Source: Phaeosaccion multiseriatum
Taxonomy: Eukaryota; Protista; Ochrophyta, other classes
Length of the DNA: 64,000 nt
Assembly: GCA_965112735.1 (NCBI GenBank)
Contig: OZ218956.1
Span: 1,240,001 to 1,304,000, forward strand
Direction of reading: 5' to 3'
The notes beneath the pieces were generated by a model, which saw nothing but the letters and a program-made list of their open reading frames with translations, had not been told where the DNA came from and made no database searches. The position numbers and the translations under genes are program-made. How positions within the stretch are numbered: the stretch's first letter is position 1; the number at the start of each line of letters is the position of its first letter. Below are positions 1-13,808 of this stretch, piece after piece.

Positions 1-958
1 GTGGAGAGGAGCAGCGCGAGGAAGTGTCTGTAGTTCTTCCTGCCCACGCAGTTATTGAGCCATCGGCAGTGGTGATCGAAGCTCTCCACGCACTTGTCGC
101 AATAGCGGCAGTGGCGGCTGCCCTTGGTCACATAGAGCTGTTCTTGTTGGTTTGTGGTTGTTAGGTGAGCATGTTGGAGTGGTGGTTTCGAGGGGTGTGT
201 GTGTGGGGGGGGGGTTGCTGAGTTCGTCAGTTGACTTTTTAAGACATGGAAGTGCAGGAGGTTACAGAGAGAGGAGAGAGCAAGTGCGAAAGCGAAGTAT
301 ATGAAGCCCCCCTGGACACATGCGTAGGGCGGTGATTGCTCGTTGCCACACATCTCCATACTACTGAGACAGACGTGACCCCTCTCCGTCATTCCTCTCC
401 AGGTCACGTGCGAATACATTCGTGCACAGGCTCAGGCTCATCACAACACCCCCCCCTTCACTCTCTATCTCTCTGCCAAACACTGGACCGACCTGACAGA
501 GGAAGCAGAAGGTCTTGTCCGGGGAAGCAGAGTCGTGACCGACGGTCTGAGTTAACACGAAGAGGAGGACAGACGGTCAGGAGGGCAGGAGGGGAGAGTC
601 GGTGGCAGCGCGCAAGAGGGAAGGCTGCAATCAACCGGGTGACAGAGATAGAGTCCCCCTCTCCGGATGACACTTCTCTTATCACCCCTGAAGAAAGCTT
701 TTCGCGGCTTGACGGCCGTTTATAGGCCTTCCACTCACCCCGCTTCTGTGTAGCAGAACATTCGGATCCACGGGGTCTATCCTACACGCGATGTACCCAA
801 ACACGAGCGAAAGCGCCGCCATTAGGCCATAGACTATGGCACAGGGGACGCCCACGGAGCTCGGCAGGCCCGGCAGGAGCACGCCGTAAAAGCCGCACAC
901 GAGCAATATAAACAACGCCCACGTCACTATCTGCAGCGGCTCCAGAGGGGCCTGGAAG
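1..958 (-). CDS. DHHC-type palmitoyl acyltransferase (partial; runs off the window start, first exon not located)
   Basis: Exons 958-739 (FQAPLEPLQ..two TM helices..IDPVDP), 546-493 (DKTFCFLCQ) and 137-1 ([39 protein letters not shown]) splice in frame via GT-AG and give an intact DHHC cysteine-rich domain. Confidence 0.93.
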
Positions 959-2163
959 CTGAGGATGGGTGGAGGTTCACGGGGGGGAGGGGGGTGGGGA
1001 GTAGGACAACAAATGAATGCAATCACCCAATGAAGGACCAGTCAAGGGTTACGCTTTGCGAAGGGACAGGAGATCAGCCAAGGGGGGGGTCCTTCCTGCA
1101 TGCTTCACCACAGATAGAATGCCTTCCCTTGATTTGGAAATACGATACGGCTGCCGAGCGGCTGCAGATGAAAACCATCTGCCGGATGAGAAAGCATGGA
1201 GTGTAGTTGCTCTCCTTTTTGCTCTTCCTTCTCTCCCCCCTCGCCCCCCCGACACACATAGGTCCACGCACACATACACACCACTTACCCATTCTTCCTC
1301 ATGCTGACTCACTCTCACGATCGGCCTGAAGTACTACGATGAATGCTGGGAGCCGAAGCCAAGGCCCCCTTCGCTGGAAGAATTACACCGAACCGTCTTG
1401 TTGCTCAGCAAATCGACCCGCAATGATGTCGACCCACAAAGAGGCCAGAGTGCCTCCTCTTCTTTCTGACGTCTATCGCCTGCCCATGCCCCTGTGCTGC
1501 AGTTGTCCCGTGGCCCTGTTGGCGCTATTTCCTTCCTCCAGCCTGTGAACTTGTTCCTGAGTCGACCCGATCGATCGATACGCTGCTTCCCTGCCCTCTC
1601 GCTGGCCCTTTTGAAGATCGACGTGAGAATGAGCTCTTGTTTCGAGTCCTCTCGCTCCGCAGCTGCAGCTGGTGATGCCAATTCGCTGAGCAATGCCTCT
1701 TACGTGACCGCCAAAAAAAAGGTTGGACGAGTACGCTGCGCAAAAGCAGGTGCAAGCAAGCTGGGGCGAGGAGAACAGACGTAACCCCGTTCAAGCCCCG
1801 ATGCTTTGTCCTCCAAACCACGTTGCAAGTACTGCACGCCAGCTTCGTCTCTCTCTCTCTCTCTCTGAATTGGAGACGTCACAGAAATTCGCTAATTTTA
1901 ATTCTTCCCGGAGAAGGAGAGCCCTGCCCGCTGCGCCAGCAGCAGCAGCCGCAGCAGTAGTAGCTGAAAGGATAGCCAACCCCTATGCTCGAACCCTTCG
2001 CGCAGAGATGATACAAGGAGGAATAGGGGGATAGGGACGGAAAGTAAAATTTAGTTTCAGTTTCGTTTGGATGGACGCTCCTTTTGCTCCCTCCTTCCTC
2101 ATCCTTTTTAAAGTTTCCTCCCCTTCATTCCCCCAATCATCGCCCTTACTCGTCACAATAGCA

Positions 2164-4550
2164 ATGGCACCTCTTCTTGTTAGAGTGCTCGCGACGGTGG
2201 CGGTGCTTCCGGCGGTGGTGGATTCGTTCCTGACCTTCGCGCCAGCGATTCAGCATGCTCTTCCCCCGTCTGTAGGTAGCAGCAGCAGGCAATGGCGGCA
2301 GCAGACTCAGTCTCTTGGCACGGTGCCGCGGCGTCATGGGACAGTCTCCAGACTAGTCGTAAAGGCGGCGTGGGGTGACCCAGTGGAGATGAAGAGCGTC
2401 AAGATTGTTTCCAACGAAGCCGTGAGTGCGGGATAAAATGGTCGATGAGAACGCAGCGCGCCGCACCCTCTCCGTTCTAGTCCACCTCCTCATCGCGACG
2501 TGCCCACTGTACCTATCCACCCATCTCACCGAGAAGTCCTGCGATTACCCTTCCGCCTCCCTTGTGTGTGGGGCAGGCCGGCTCCGTGACCAGGAGGCTG
2601 AAGATTGAGGTGCCTGAGGACATCATTGCGAGCTTCACAGACCCAGGGCAGTATGTGCAGATGAAGCAGGGCAGCGGGAAGGTTGGCTACTACGCCATGC
2701 TCAAGTAAGCGATGGGTGATGGCGTGTGGGGCACAGAGGAATGGCGGAGTACTGTCAGTAGCGAGTAGTGCGAGAAGACGCGCAATTGTTGCTAGACCTG
2801 TTACCATTAGAAGGGAAGGGAGAGAGAGGGGGCGGGGGACAGAGTTGGCGCTGTGCTTTAATGGCTCTCTCGGTTTTGCTCTTTTCGGTATCCCTTGCTG
2901 AGCTGAGCGGATGGTGCTGAATTTCACAGCCTCAAGTCTGCTCACTCCTCTCCTTCTCCTCCTCCTACCCTGCCCCCCCCCCCCCACCCCACTCCTCTAC
3001 GCAAAACCCCAGCGCCCCCGACCCAAAGTCGAAGACGCTTGAGTTCCTGGTGAAGGGCTCAGAAACCAACAACTTTCTCGTGCAAGCCAAGGAAGGCACC
3101 ACAGTGGAGATGAGCGCGGCATGCGGCAAAGGTGCGTTGCTTCAAGAGGCGAGGCCCGCGCTCACCTCCCCCTTCTCTCCCCCGTTGTTAACGTGTGGTG
3201 GAACGCCCTTACGAATCCTTCCTTGTCTGTGCTTTGAATCCGTTGGCAAAACGAACTCGTAGCCCCCCCCAAACGAAGAAAGCAGGCAGGTCCTCTTCTG
3301 CAAGCAATGAGTCTGTGATACTTGTGTCGTACTCTATCCCATCCCATCCCATCCCATCCATCCTCTGCCCTGTCCTATCCCTTCTCCCTACTCCCCATTC
3401 CCCACCCCCACTTCTCCCCACCCCCACCTTAACTGCCATAGGCTTCCCCATCGAGGAGAACTTCGAGGGATACAAGTACGCGTGGCCTGTGCAAAACGTG
3501 CTGCTTGTAGCCACGGGCACGGGTGTCGCACCCATCGCATCCGTCATCTCTTCCAAGGTGTTGGTCGTGGACACGGAAGCCTTTCTGGCCCGTGCCTGCA
3601 AGCTGTACTACGGTTCGCAGTCAGAGGATACCATCCCCATCAAGGAGGAGCTCAAGCAGTGGGAGGAGACGGGCATCGAGGTGCGCGAGGAAGGGAGGGA
3701 AGGGAGGGAGGGACGGAGGGAGGGAAGGGAGGGAGGGAGGGAGGGAGGGAAGGGAGGGAAGGGAGGGAGGGAGGGAGGGAGGGAGGGAAGGAGGGGAGTG
3801 GAGGGAGAGGGAGGGAGGGGAGGGGGGGGGGAAGGGAGGAAAGGCTTGATGGAAAGGAATTTTGTGATACTGATGGATGCGGTGTTGCTCATCCCCCCCC
3901 CTGTTCGCTTCTTTCTCTGGGCCTGTTTCACTCACTCGTGCCTTCCTTCATTCGTGGCTGCTTGCCTGTACACACATCATCAGGTGGTGATAGTACTCTC
4001 CCAGCCCGGGCCTGGCTGGACGGGGCGAACTGGGTACGTGCAAGACGCTATCAAAGAGGTGAGTGAGAGACAGGGGGGAAAGCACGGAAAGAGAGGAAAG
4101 AGAGTGTGTGTGAGAGAGAGAGAGAAAGCAGGGAGAGAAGCACACGTACACATACAGACACACAGAGAGAAAGGGGGAGATGGGGAGGAGTGCAGATGGA
4201 GCACACACAGACAGAGTTTGGATACTCCTCGTGCGGATGCCGAACCTCCAACAGCGTCCACTCAAGTGGAGCTTCCGGCCGGCCACAGCAGCATTCGCCG
4301 CCCCATATCCAGCCTGTGTTGACTGTTGGCACTCATGTGCTTGTACTCTGAATCGCGTTCTCGCCGACCCACTCACGCACCGCACCCACGCACACACCCC
4401 ACGCACGCACCCACGCACTCTCAGGACGGGATTATTGTTCCGCGCAACTCGGGCATTGTCATGTGCGGTCAGAAGGAAATGACGGAGGAACTCAAGGCCT
4501 TCGCCACCAGCCTCAACGTGTTCGAGGGCAGGTGTCTCACCAACTTCTAA
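2164..4550 (+). CDS. Plastid-targeted FAD/NAD(P)-binding ferredoxin-reductase-like oxidoreductase (pKIWI502/FNR-like family)
   Basis: About 6 exons (2164-2421, ~2577-2704, ~3012-3131, ~3442-3680, ~3983-4058, ~4424-4550). Motifs: PGQYVQ, LLVATGTGVAPI, LYYG, GWTGRTGYVQ, MCGQKEM, C-terminal LTNF. Signal peptide ends VVDS|F and is followed by an S/R-rich transit peptide. Confidence 0.85.
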
Positions 4551-4996
4551 ATTTCTTCTCTTTTCTTGAAAGATCCCTTTTTTCTTTTAATTTAGTCTCG
4601 TCTAGCCTTTGAAGAGGAAGGGTCCCTTCATTGGTAGTTGTAAGACAGCTGACTGTCACTCTTTTACCTTGTCGTCGTGGGCACAAAAGACACGGTGGTA
4701 TAGAATAGAGAATAGTAACCAAAAATGTTTTGGGGATCGAAGAAAACGAGTTGGTGCTCCAAAGGAGGAGGAAAAAGAAGTGCGTGTGTGCACGCGTGTG
4801 TAAGTGAGTGAGTGAGTGAGCGAGAGAGGGCATGTTTGCCGTGAGAAGCGGGTGAGTGGGTGCGTTGGAGTGATGAGCGAGGAGCGAGGAGGAGGTGAAA
4901 CTCAAATTCCAACGCTGTCCTTCCCTAAACGGAAACTCGAATTCCGGACAGTTGAGGGCAGATCGATGCAAAGAAATATCACTATGAATCTATGAG

Positions 4997-5572
4997 ATGA
5001 GCGTCGAAAGCGGCAGCACCAGCGGGGGGAGGGGGGCTGGCGGAGAGATCAGAGGCGAATGTGTGGAGGAGGACCCTAAGAGGGGGCTACACAAGGAGGG
5101 AAAGCCCCCGAGATGTATCTCTCTGGAGGAGGTAAGCACGGCCCACCAAGGAAGAAAGGGGAACCTCACCTGCTCCAATAGCTGTTCGAACCTCTGATAG
5201 CTTTGATGAGCCCCGTCTTTACTCCGGGATGCTCAGCCTTCTTCTTTTTATGCCCCGCTCCTTCCTCCTGTACCACTTTCTGCACAGGAGCTCGAGGAGC
5301 TGAGTCGTGGAGTTAATTCGGTGTATGTCGACCACAGTCCCGGCCTTCTAGGTCGTATCTACCAGCAGATTGGCAATGAGACCTCAGATGTGTGCTTCGT
5401 GGTTGGGCCCACCAGATCAGCAGGCAGTAGCAGCAGCAACGCCCACGGCAGCGGGGGGGGGGGCGACGAGGGGGTGGAGACAACGAGAGAGTTCTTGTGC
5501 CATCGGATTATGTTCGCCTGCTGCTCTGATTACTTCCGCACCCTGCTCTTCGGAGAGATGCAGGAGGTGAGC

Positions 5573-5618
<46 letters not shown>

Positions 5619-8600
5619 GAGAAGGGTATCCCCTTTGCTATGTGCGTCGCTGGGCCTTTCGTGTTTTGCGTGTTGCAGTTTTGCCTCCTTCTCTCAGCCT
5701 TGCCGTCCTACCCTATTACTCCCTATCTCCGACAGGCAAGAATGCATCGTATCACGCTACAGGATGTGCCCGCCGACGCCTTCGAGATGCTGATTGACTA
5801 CGTCTACTGTGGTAGAATGGTACGTAAAGAGAGAGCCTGTCCAAGCAAGACACTTTGCCCTCTCCATCCATTAGCACCCTTATCTACCCTTAACTAAATG
5901 GAGGGTCGTACCCTCAACCGTTGCTTCGCCCCCTCCGTCTCAGTCCCAACACTCTGTCCTTCCTCCCTGTCACTTGTTTCCCGGCTCTTCCTCCCCTCTC
6001 CCCCCCATCCTCCTCCCTTCCACCCCGCCTTTGGCTGACAGGAGCTCACTGCGGTTAACGTCATGGACATGCTCTCCCTCTCGCACCGCTTCGCCATACC
6101 CGAGCTGCTGGCGGCCTGCACTGAGTTTCTGGACGAGTGCATGAATCAGGATGACGTGATTCGCATCCTCATCGCGGCGGAGTATTACCAACAGGCGGAG
6201 CTGGAGGATAAGTGCTGGGAGCTTGTCTGCAGACACGCCAGCAAGGCAAGTTCTTAAACCGATCAATACCGTGTATAACATACGGGGGATGGACTGAGTG
6301 AAGAGAAGAGAGAGAAAGAAAGAGAGAGAACGAGAGAGAGGGAGAGAGAAAGAGAAAGAAAGAGAGAAAGAGGGAGAGAGACTGAGGTGACCTGTGAATC
6401 CCTCCCCCTCCCCGTATGCCTCTATAGCCCCCTCACTCACCGATACTCCTACTCTTCCCCCCTCCCCGTATACCCGTAGTCTCCTCCCCCTCCCCATAAG
6501 CCGCTAATTTCCCCCCTCCATGCTGCTGCTGCCCTGTATACCTCTTCCCCTCCTCCCTCTCCCCCCCATATACCTCCATATCCCACCCTCCTTCCCCGAC
6601 TCACAAAGGTATTGTCAGGCGACGGTGTGCTGGAGCTGAGCCCTCCCCTGTTCGTCAAGCTTTGCCACACGGCAGAGCTCCAGGCGGACGAAATCGACCT
6701 TTTCCACGCACTTCAGAGGTGGGCGAGCTTCGAGCCTGAAGGGAGGGGCAAGTATCTACCGGTGAGTGAGAGGGGAAGGAAGGAAGGAGGGAAGGGGAGA
6801 GGCGGGGGGGGGGGAGGGAGGGAGAGGAGGGGGAAGGGGAGGGGAAGGGAGTGAGACTGTCTGTCCGTCTGTCTCGTCCCCGGCTCATGTGTGCTCCTCC
6901 TCCTCCTCCTCCTCCTCCTCCTCCTCCTCCTCCTCCTCCTCCTCCTCCTCCTCCTCCTCCTCCTCCTCCTCCTCCTCCTCCTCCTCCTCCTCCTCCTCCT
7001 GCTCCTCCTCCTCCTCCTCCTCCTCGTCCTCGTCCTCCTCCTCGTCCTCCTCTCCCCCAGGAGATTGTCCAGAACCTTCGCTTACCCCTCATCTGTCTAC
7101 GTGACTTGTTGAGGGTAGTGAGGCCCAGTAAGCTCGTCGATGCTGAAACGCTGGTAAGGGAAGGGACGGGAGGGGGACGGGAGGGAAGGAGAGGGGAGGG
7201 GAGGATATGAGAGGGGAGGGGAGGGGAGGGAAGGGAAGGGGAGGAGGGGGGGGAGAAAGGAAAGGGGAGGGGGAGAGGGGCCCGGGTGGTGACAGGAGAG
7301 GAGGGGAGAAGAAAGGGGAGGGGAAGAGAGGAGAGGAGGGGAGAAGAGAGGGGAGGGGAAGAGAGGAGAGGAGGGGAGAAGAGAGGGGAGGGGAAGAGAG
7401 GAGAGGAGGAGAGAAGAGAGGGGAGGGGAAGAGAGGAGAGGAGGGGAGGGGAGGATATGAGCGGATGAGAACCGGGAAGAGCGGAGGAAGATGGGGAGGA
7501 GGGCAAGGGGATAGATCTGCAGAGAAGGAAGTACATGTACAGGCATGTTGTGGTGCAGGGCGAGCAGAGCTGTTCGTCCTTCTCTCTCCATCGATGCCTC
7601 CCCGAGGGTTGAAAAGCTTATCACCACCTCCTCCTCCTCCTCCTCCTCCTCCTCCTCCTCCTCCTCCTCCTCCTCCTCCTCCTCCTCCTCCTCCTCCTCC
7701 TCCTCCTCCTCCTCCTCCTCCTCCTCCTCCTCCTCCTCCTCCTCCCCTCCCCCCCTCTTTCCTCCTTCCCGCTCTTCTTCATCCCCCGAACCCCCGAACA
7801 GCTGGACGCCGTGGCGTATCACGCGGACCCCACCGACTGGCTAGGAGACCCGGTCCAAGTACGCCCGAGGGGGCAGCGGCTCATGTGGGATGTGTCCATC
7901 CTTCCGGCCGGTCTCTGGGTCACAGATGACGATCAGACAGTCACCTCCACCCTGGATGAGTGGGCAGGGGTAAGTCCCTATCCAACTTCCTCCTTCCTTC
8001 CTTCCTTCCTACCTACCTACCTACCTACCTACCTATCCACTTACCTATCCATCTACCTGCGTACCTACCTACCTACCTATCCACCTCCCTACCTATCCAC
8101 CTACCTATTCACCTACCCACCTATCTACCTGCGTACCTACCTACATACCTACCTACCTGCGTACCTACCTACCTACCTACCTACCTACCTACCTACCTAC
8201 CTACCTACCTACCTACCTACCTACCTACCTACCTACCTACCTACCTACCCACCCGCCTACCTGCCTACCTACCTACCTACCTACCTACCTACCTACCTGC
8301 CTACCTACCTACCTACCTGCCTCCCTTCTTCCTACCTACCTACCTACCCACCTACCTGCCCACCTACCTACCTACCTACCTACCTACCTACCTACCTACG
8401 TACCTCTTTCCTTCTTATTGATACCTATACTCAACATATACCCCCAATGACATACTCATCTTTACACCTTCCACCCCCAATGATATCCTCTTTCGCCACC
8501 CCAAAAGGTTTTCGGGACAGTCAAGATGACATCCGGCTTCCACCGCTGGTCTGTGCGTGTCAACAAGCTCGGCGGCGGTGCAAAGGGTTCGTGGAGAGGC

Positions 8601-9276
8601 GTCATTGGAGTCTGCAGTAGGGCAGGCAGCGGTGGGGAGCGCTCTTCTTCTTCCTCCTCCTCGTCCTCCTCCTCCGCCTCCTCGGCCGCTGCCCTTGGTG
8701 CGCCTGGTGTCCCTGCAGCATCTGCATCTGCCGCTGCCTCTTCTTCGGCGTCTTCTTCTTCTTCATCATCTTCTTCGTCAATGTCTTCTTCTTCTCCTTC
8801 CTCTCAGCACGCCTACTTGCCCGTGACGGGTTTCGTGGTGGGCAAGGGGCAGCGCAAGAGGGCAGGGCAATACACACTGGAAGAATACTCCAACGCAGCC
8901 GCCGAGGACGGTAAGATAAAGATGTGTATGTTCAGTTCCACTCCCCCTCCCCTTCCCCTCTCCCGTCCACCCACTGTCTCGCCTTCTCCCTCTCACCCTT
9001 CCTTGCCCCCTGTCTCCCTCTCTCTCTCCCCCGCCCACCCACATCTGTCCCTCACATGCTCGATCTCTCCACCTCCTTCACCCCCCTCGCCCTCCCCCGC
9101 CCCCTTTCTTAGGCGACGTCATCACCGTACTCTACAATGCAGAGTCTGCGTCTCTGTCCTTCCTCCACAACGGCAAGTCTCTTGGCATCGCTTACACCGC
9201 CATCGAGCCTCCGGTCTATGCAGCGCTCGCCATACAGTCGCCGGGGGCCATGTACACGCTCGAAAGCGGGGGGTGA
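4997..9276 (+). CDS. BTB/POZ-BACK-SPRY domain protein (putative Cullin3 substrate adaptor)
   Basis: BTB: [58 protein letters not shown]: [26 protein letters not shown]-like end: [41 protein letters not shown]. About 9 exons, including a GC-AG intron at 6246-6608. Confidence 0.85.
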
Positions 9277-9616
9277 TGTGGGGGAGTAGTTGGGTGTACG
9301 TGTACATCCGAATCTGTGATTTGGAGGAGCCACAGCCGGCTTGAACTGGCCTTTGTTTGGAGCTGACGCATCTATCCATCACAAGGCAGGGTGTGATGCA
9401 GGCACATGGGTGTGATGTTGGCGTATGGCGGACAGGCGCACAGGCGGGCGGGCAGATGGGCAGGCGGGCACAAAGCAAACGACCGGAAGTCGTCCTACAT
9501 ACACACACACAAACACACAAATATACACACACGCGCACACACACGCACACACACACGCACATATACACACACACGCACGCACACACACACACGCAGGCCG
9601 GGATTCTGTCACTCGG

Positions 9617-10091
9617 TCATGTACCATCGAGGTTGGCGCATCCTTGGTGCGTCGAGAGAAGTGTCAGAGGCTCCAGTGGGCGTGGTGGTCCTCTGCGGTG
9701 GGTGGTTTCCTCGCCAGTTGTGCCGCTCGTCGGGCCCGGCAGGAACGGATTCTTCGCGTTCTCGGCTTTGTCCTTGACTTGTACCGCGACAGGAGGCCCG
9801 ACCTGCGGGCGATTAGCGAGGCAAGCGTCGTGCATGTCCGCGGCTTGCTTGATGACCTCAGCTAGTGAAACGCCACGCCACGGCCCTGACAGCGGCACAG
9901 CGGCTCTGCTCTGGAGAGAGACGCAACAGGCTTTGCTGGCAGTTGGCGCTCGCCCATCATCGACCCTGCACCGCCCCTGCCTGCTTGGCGAGTAGAGGAG
10001 GCACTGACTTCAGTCTCCAGAGATAGAGAGAGGGGGGATGGGGGAGGCGGAGGGGGCTGGACTGGACCTTGGCCTTAGAGAGACGCCCCAT
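9617..10091 (-). CDS. Possible small hypothetical protein
   Basis: A short exon MGRLSKAK could splice to an open frame GRCRVDDG..SLAEVIKQAADMHDACLANRPQ.. ending at 9617. No recognisable motif. Confidence 0.2.
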
Positions 10092-10639
10092 GATGGGTAT
10101 GGACAAGGACGTATTGTAAAGGACGATCAGGTTTCAGTACGTTACTCCTCACCCGCCCCACCCCCTTCCGGATTGAGTCCCCTAGAGCTCCACGTGGAGG
10201 CATGACACACACAAGAGCATTGGATGTTTCAATGCAATTTCTGTCGGACAAGAAGGGCAATTTCAGCAGTCGGGCGAAGGGCAATTTCGATGCATGTGGA
10301 AGGCATTTGGGAGATGAGAGCAGCGGCGGCGAGCGAAAAGAGCAACGTCATAACCGCAAAGAGGGGGGGGGGGACTGAGGACAACGACAACAACAGGAGC
10401 AGGGCCGAGGAGAAAGACTCTGAAGAGCTGGATGCTTGAGGTTAATAAACAAAAGTCCATCATCTCGATAGGAAACAAAGCCCAGTACCTTTCTCTGTCT
10501 ATGTCTCTCTGTCTCTCTCTCTTTGTATATATATTTATAAATGTATGTATGTATATGTGTGTGTGTGTGACATGTATGTATGTCCTGCACTTTCGACGGG
10601 ACGATGCTCCTAACGGTGGCGCAGCATCGTGGTCAAGTG

Positions 10640-10835
10640 TCATGGCTGGGGCGAGGCCGGCGTCCCCGGCTGTTGTGCGAGTACGACACCCTCCTCTGCA
10701 GCAGCAACCTCTTCCATCAGCGACTGCACCACCACATCCCCCTCCGCCGACACGGCCTCTTCTTCCAAGAGCTCCATCACCTTCACCTCGTCCCCTCCAA
10801 AGCCTTTCCCACTGCTGCTGTTGCTGCTACTGCTA

Positions 10836-10888
<53 letters not shown>

Positions 10889-12495
10889 ACTGCTGCTACT
10901 GCCGCTGACCTTGCGCCCAATCTTATCCCCATCTTCGTTCCCCCCCTCCACCTCCTCCTCGCCCCCCCCCTCCCCAATCAGCGCCGCGTGCAGTCTGACA
11001 ACCCTGCGCTCATCGGCCTCTGTAACTGTGAAAATGTACTTGCCGACAATGACGGCGTCACCCACCGCCGGAATCTCCCCCGCCTGGCTGCAAATGTAAC
11101 CGCTAATGGTTCCAAAGTCTCTCAGGTCTTCCATGCTCACCTCGAGCAGGTTGAGGCTCGTACACACGTCTTCCAAGTCAAACATGCCGAGGATATCGTA
11201 CGACCCGTCCTCGTTCATCACCAACACGGACTCCTCCTCCTTGAAGTCCACATCTTCCTCGTCATAAATCTCCCCCACCACTTCCTCCAGAATGTCTTCG
11301 AGCGTTACAATCCCTGCAGTGCCGCCATACTCGTCCACGACGATCGCCATATGAAGCCTTCGCTTGCGCATCTCCTCCAAGACGTCGCTCACACTCATAC
11401 TCTCCGGGACAAAGTACGTTGGCTCCATACAGTCCTTCACATGAGCCGTGGGAAGCTTCTCGGGTTGGGTGAGGTATCCCAACAAGTCCTTGGTCTTGAC
11501 CACGCCCACGATGCGATCAATCTCTCCGTCGTACACGGGTATGCGGCTGTACTTGGTTTCGTTCATGACGAAGAATAGATCCGACATGGTGTGGTTCGCT
11601 TCAATGGCCACCACCTCCACCCTCGGGCGCATAATCTCGCTCACTTTGGTGTCTTGCAGGTCGAGCACTCCCTCAATCATCTTGCTCTCCTCTCCCTCGA
11701 TACCGCCACTCATCTTGGCCCCCGTTACAATGAGCCGTAGCTCCTCTTCGCTCACCCGACCCGTCTCGGAGCTCTTGAGCCCCATGAGGCCGAGAAGCGC
11801 CTTGGAGAGGGAAGAGAAGAGCATACCGAGCGGACTGATAAAGAAGGCAAGCTTGTTGATGAAGGGCACCATGGCTCTCGCCACGGTCTCTGCATTGTTC
11901 ACCCCCAGTGCCTTGGGCAAGAGCTCTCCGAAAAAGAGAGTCACCACTGAGAGGACGGCCGTTGCCACGGCCATACCATTGGCTCCCAGCACCTCAATGG
12001 CCATACTTGTGAAGAGGGCTGCGCTGTAGATGGTGGACATGGTCGTCGTGACGAGGATGGTGGTGAGCACCTTGGTAATATCGCTGCTCAGCACTCGGAA
12101 GGGTGACTTTTCACCCTCCTCCTCGGCAAACTCCTTCACCTTCCACGGGTACAGCGTGGTGATGGCAATCTCTGCCGCGTGGAATGCCGAGCTCACGCCG
12201 AAAAGCGCCAGCCACAGCGCAAGGCGAGGCAACAGACTCTCCAGGGACACTTCTCCCACGACCATGTCCGGGTCCAAGTGCGCGGTGCCCCCTCCCACCA
12301 TCATGGCTGACGTCCGACGAGCCCGCACGGTAGAGCCCACAAGCACCAACAGAGCAGAGGAGGTCGTAAGGACCAGTTTGCGCACTGTTCGGCCACGCTG
12401 CTGCTGGAGTTTCCGGAGCTGTGGGTACCATGTGGTGTGTTGGCCTCTTCCAACCCTGCTGATGCTACTGCCGCTGCTGCCGCTGCTGTTGCTGC

Positions 12496-12544
<49 letters not shown>

Positions 12545-12943
12545 CTGATTAATGCTCCTCAACGCCTGCCTTCCCCTCGACCAGAAGCGCCGTAGGGTTT
12601 TAAGCCTATTGCTGCCGCTGGTCCCTTCTGGGCTATCTGTGAGAGAGGGTGGGGGGGTCAGACACGCGACACCCAGGCGAGGAGCCTGCCCCGCTGCTAC
12701 CATTGCTGCTCTGCCAATCGCTAATGGTGAAGACGGTAGTTGTGAACGCAGAGGAGAGGACGAGGATGAGGCAAAGGAGGCAGGAACACGAGAAGGGGAG
12801 AGGAGGGAGGAAGGCGGCGCACTACGGACAGGGGTGGAAAAGCCCCACACTGGACCAACCGTAAACGATAACGACAGGACTAAAAGAGAAAGCGTACATA
12901 GGCAACTTCTCCGCTCAGCAGCAGGAAGCTGCACAGCCCCCAT
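10640..12943 (-). CDS. Plastid-targeted CNNM(DUF21)-CBS-CBS-CorC/HlyC magnesium transporter-like protein, intronless
   Basis: AAEIAITTLYPWKVKE, LFFGELLPKALG, IMRPRVEVVAI, YSRIPVY, FVPES, HMAIVVDEYGGTAGIVTLEDILEEVVGEIYDEED. Signal peptide ends VWG|F and is followed by an S/P/R-rich transit peptide. Resembles the plant chloroplast DUF21/CBS (MGR8/9-type) proteins. Confidence 0.92.
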
Positions 12944-13200
12944 TGGCAAAGCTGGCTGCTACTCTGGCTGTTCCCCCACCTTCCCTCCCCTCACAACAGT
13001 TCCCCCAAGGGGGGTCGGAAAAGTCAACAAATTACTTTTAGGCAATGTGTAGGTCCTGAGGAAAGGGGGGAGATGAGAAAGAGTTGGAGGAGAGAAAGAA
13101 TATGAAAAGGAGAGAGATATCGGTGGCAAATAACCACCGGCAGTAGGGGCGGTTTGAGGAAGAGAGAGAGAGAGAGCGCAAGAGGAAAGGCAGGAGAAGG

Positions 13201-13557
13201 ATGTCTCTCCCTCCCGCCCGCCAACCCACTCCGGGAGCGGGTGGTATCCTGCAGCAGCAGCAGCAGCAGCAGCAGCCGCTGCAACAGCAAGCACAGGGTA
13301 CAGCCTTGATTCCACAACACCCCCCCTCCCGCCCTTCCTCGACGACAAGCCTGACTTCGCAGCCCCACAGCCGTCCAGGGTCGGCACCGTCGGGAATGCC
13401 AGTAGGGAGCCAGGCGCCACCGCCGCAGCAAAGACCGTCGCCAGTGAGTAGCGGACTGAGCTCCTTAACTAATGTCCAGCAGCTACAGATCCAGCAGCAA
13501 ATGCAGCAAAGAAAGCAGCAGCAGCAGCAGCAGCAGCACCAGCAGCAGCAGCACCAG

Positions 13558-13590
<33 letters not shown>

Positions 13591-13742
13591 GGTACTCTTC
13601 CCCCCTGGCCACAAGCCGCGGGGTTCGCAGGCATTATGCCACCGCAGCAGCAGCAGCAGCAGCAGCAGCAGCTGAGACAGCCGATGCAGGGCCCACCGGC
13701 GCCACAGGCACTGCCCCTGGCACAGGCGCAGCAGTATGCGGT

Positions 13743-13808
<66 letters not shown>

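Noticed and set aside
7970-8507. PTYL-repeat ORFs
   Set aside because: (CCTA)n intron between GT and AG sites of the BTB-SPRY gene.
10580-12548. Plus-strand ORFs overlapping the CNNM gene
   Set aside because: Antisense shadows of a well-supported minus-strand CDS.
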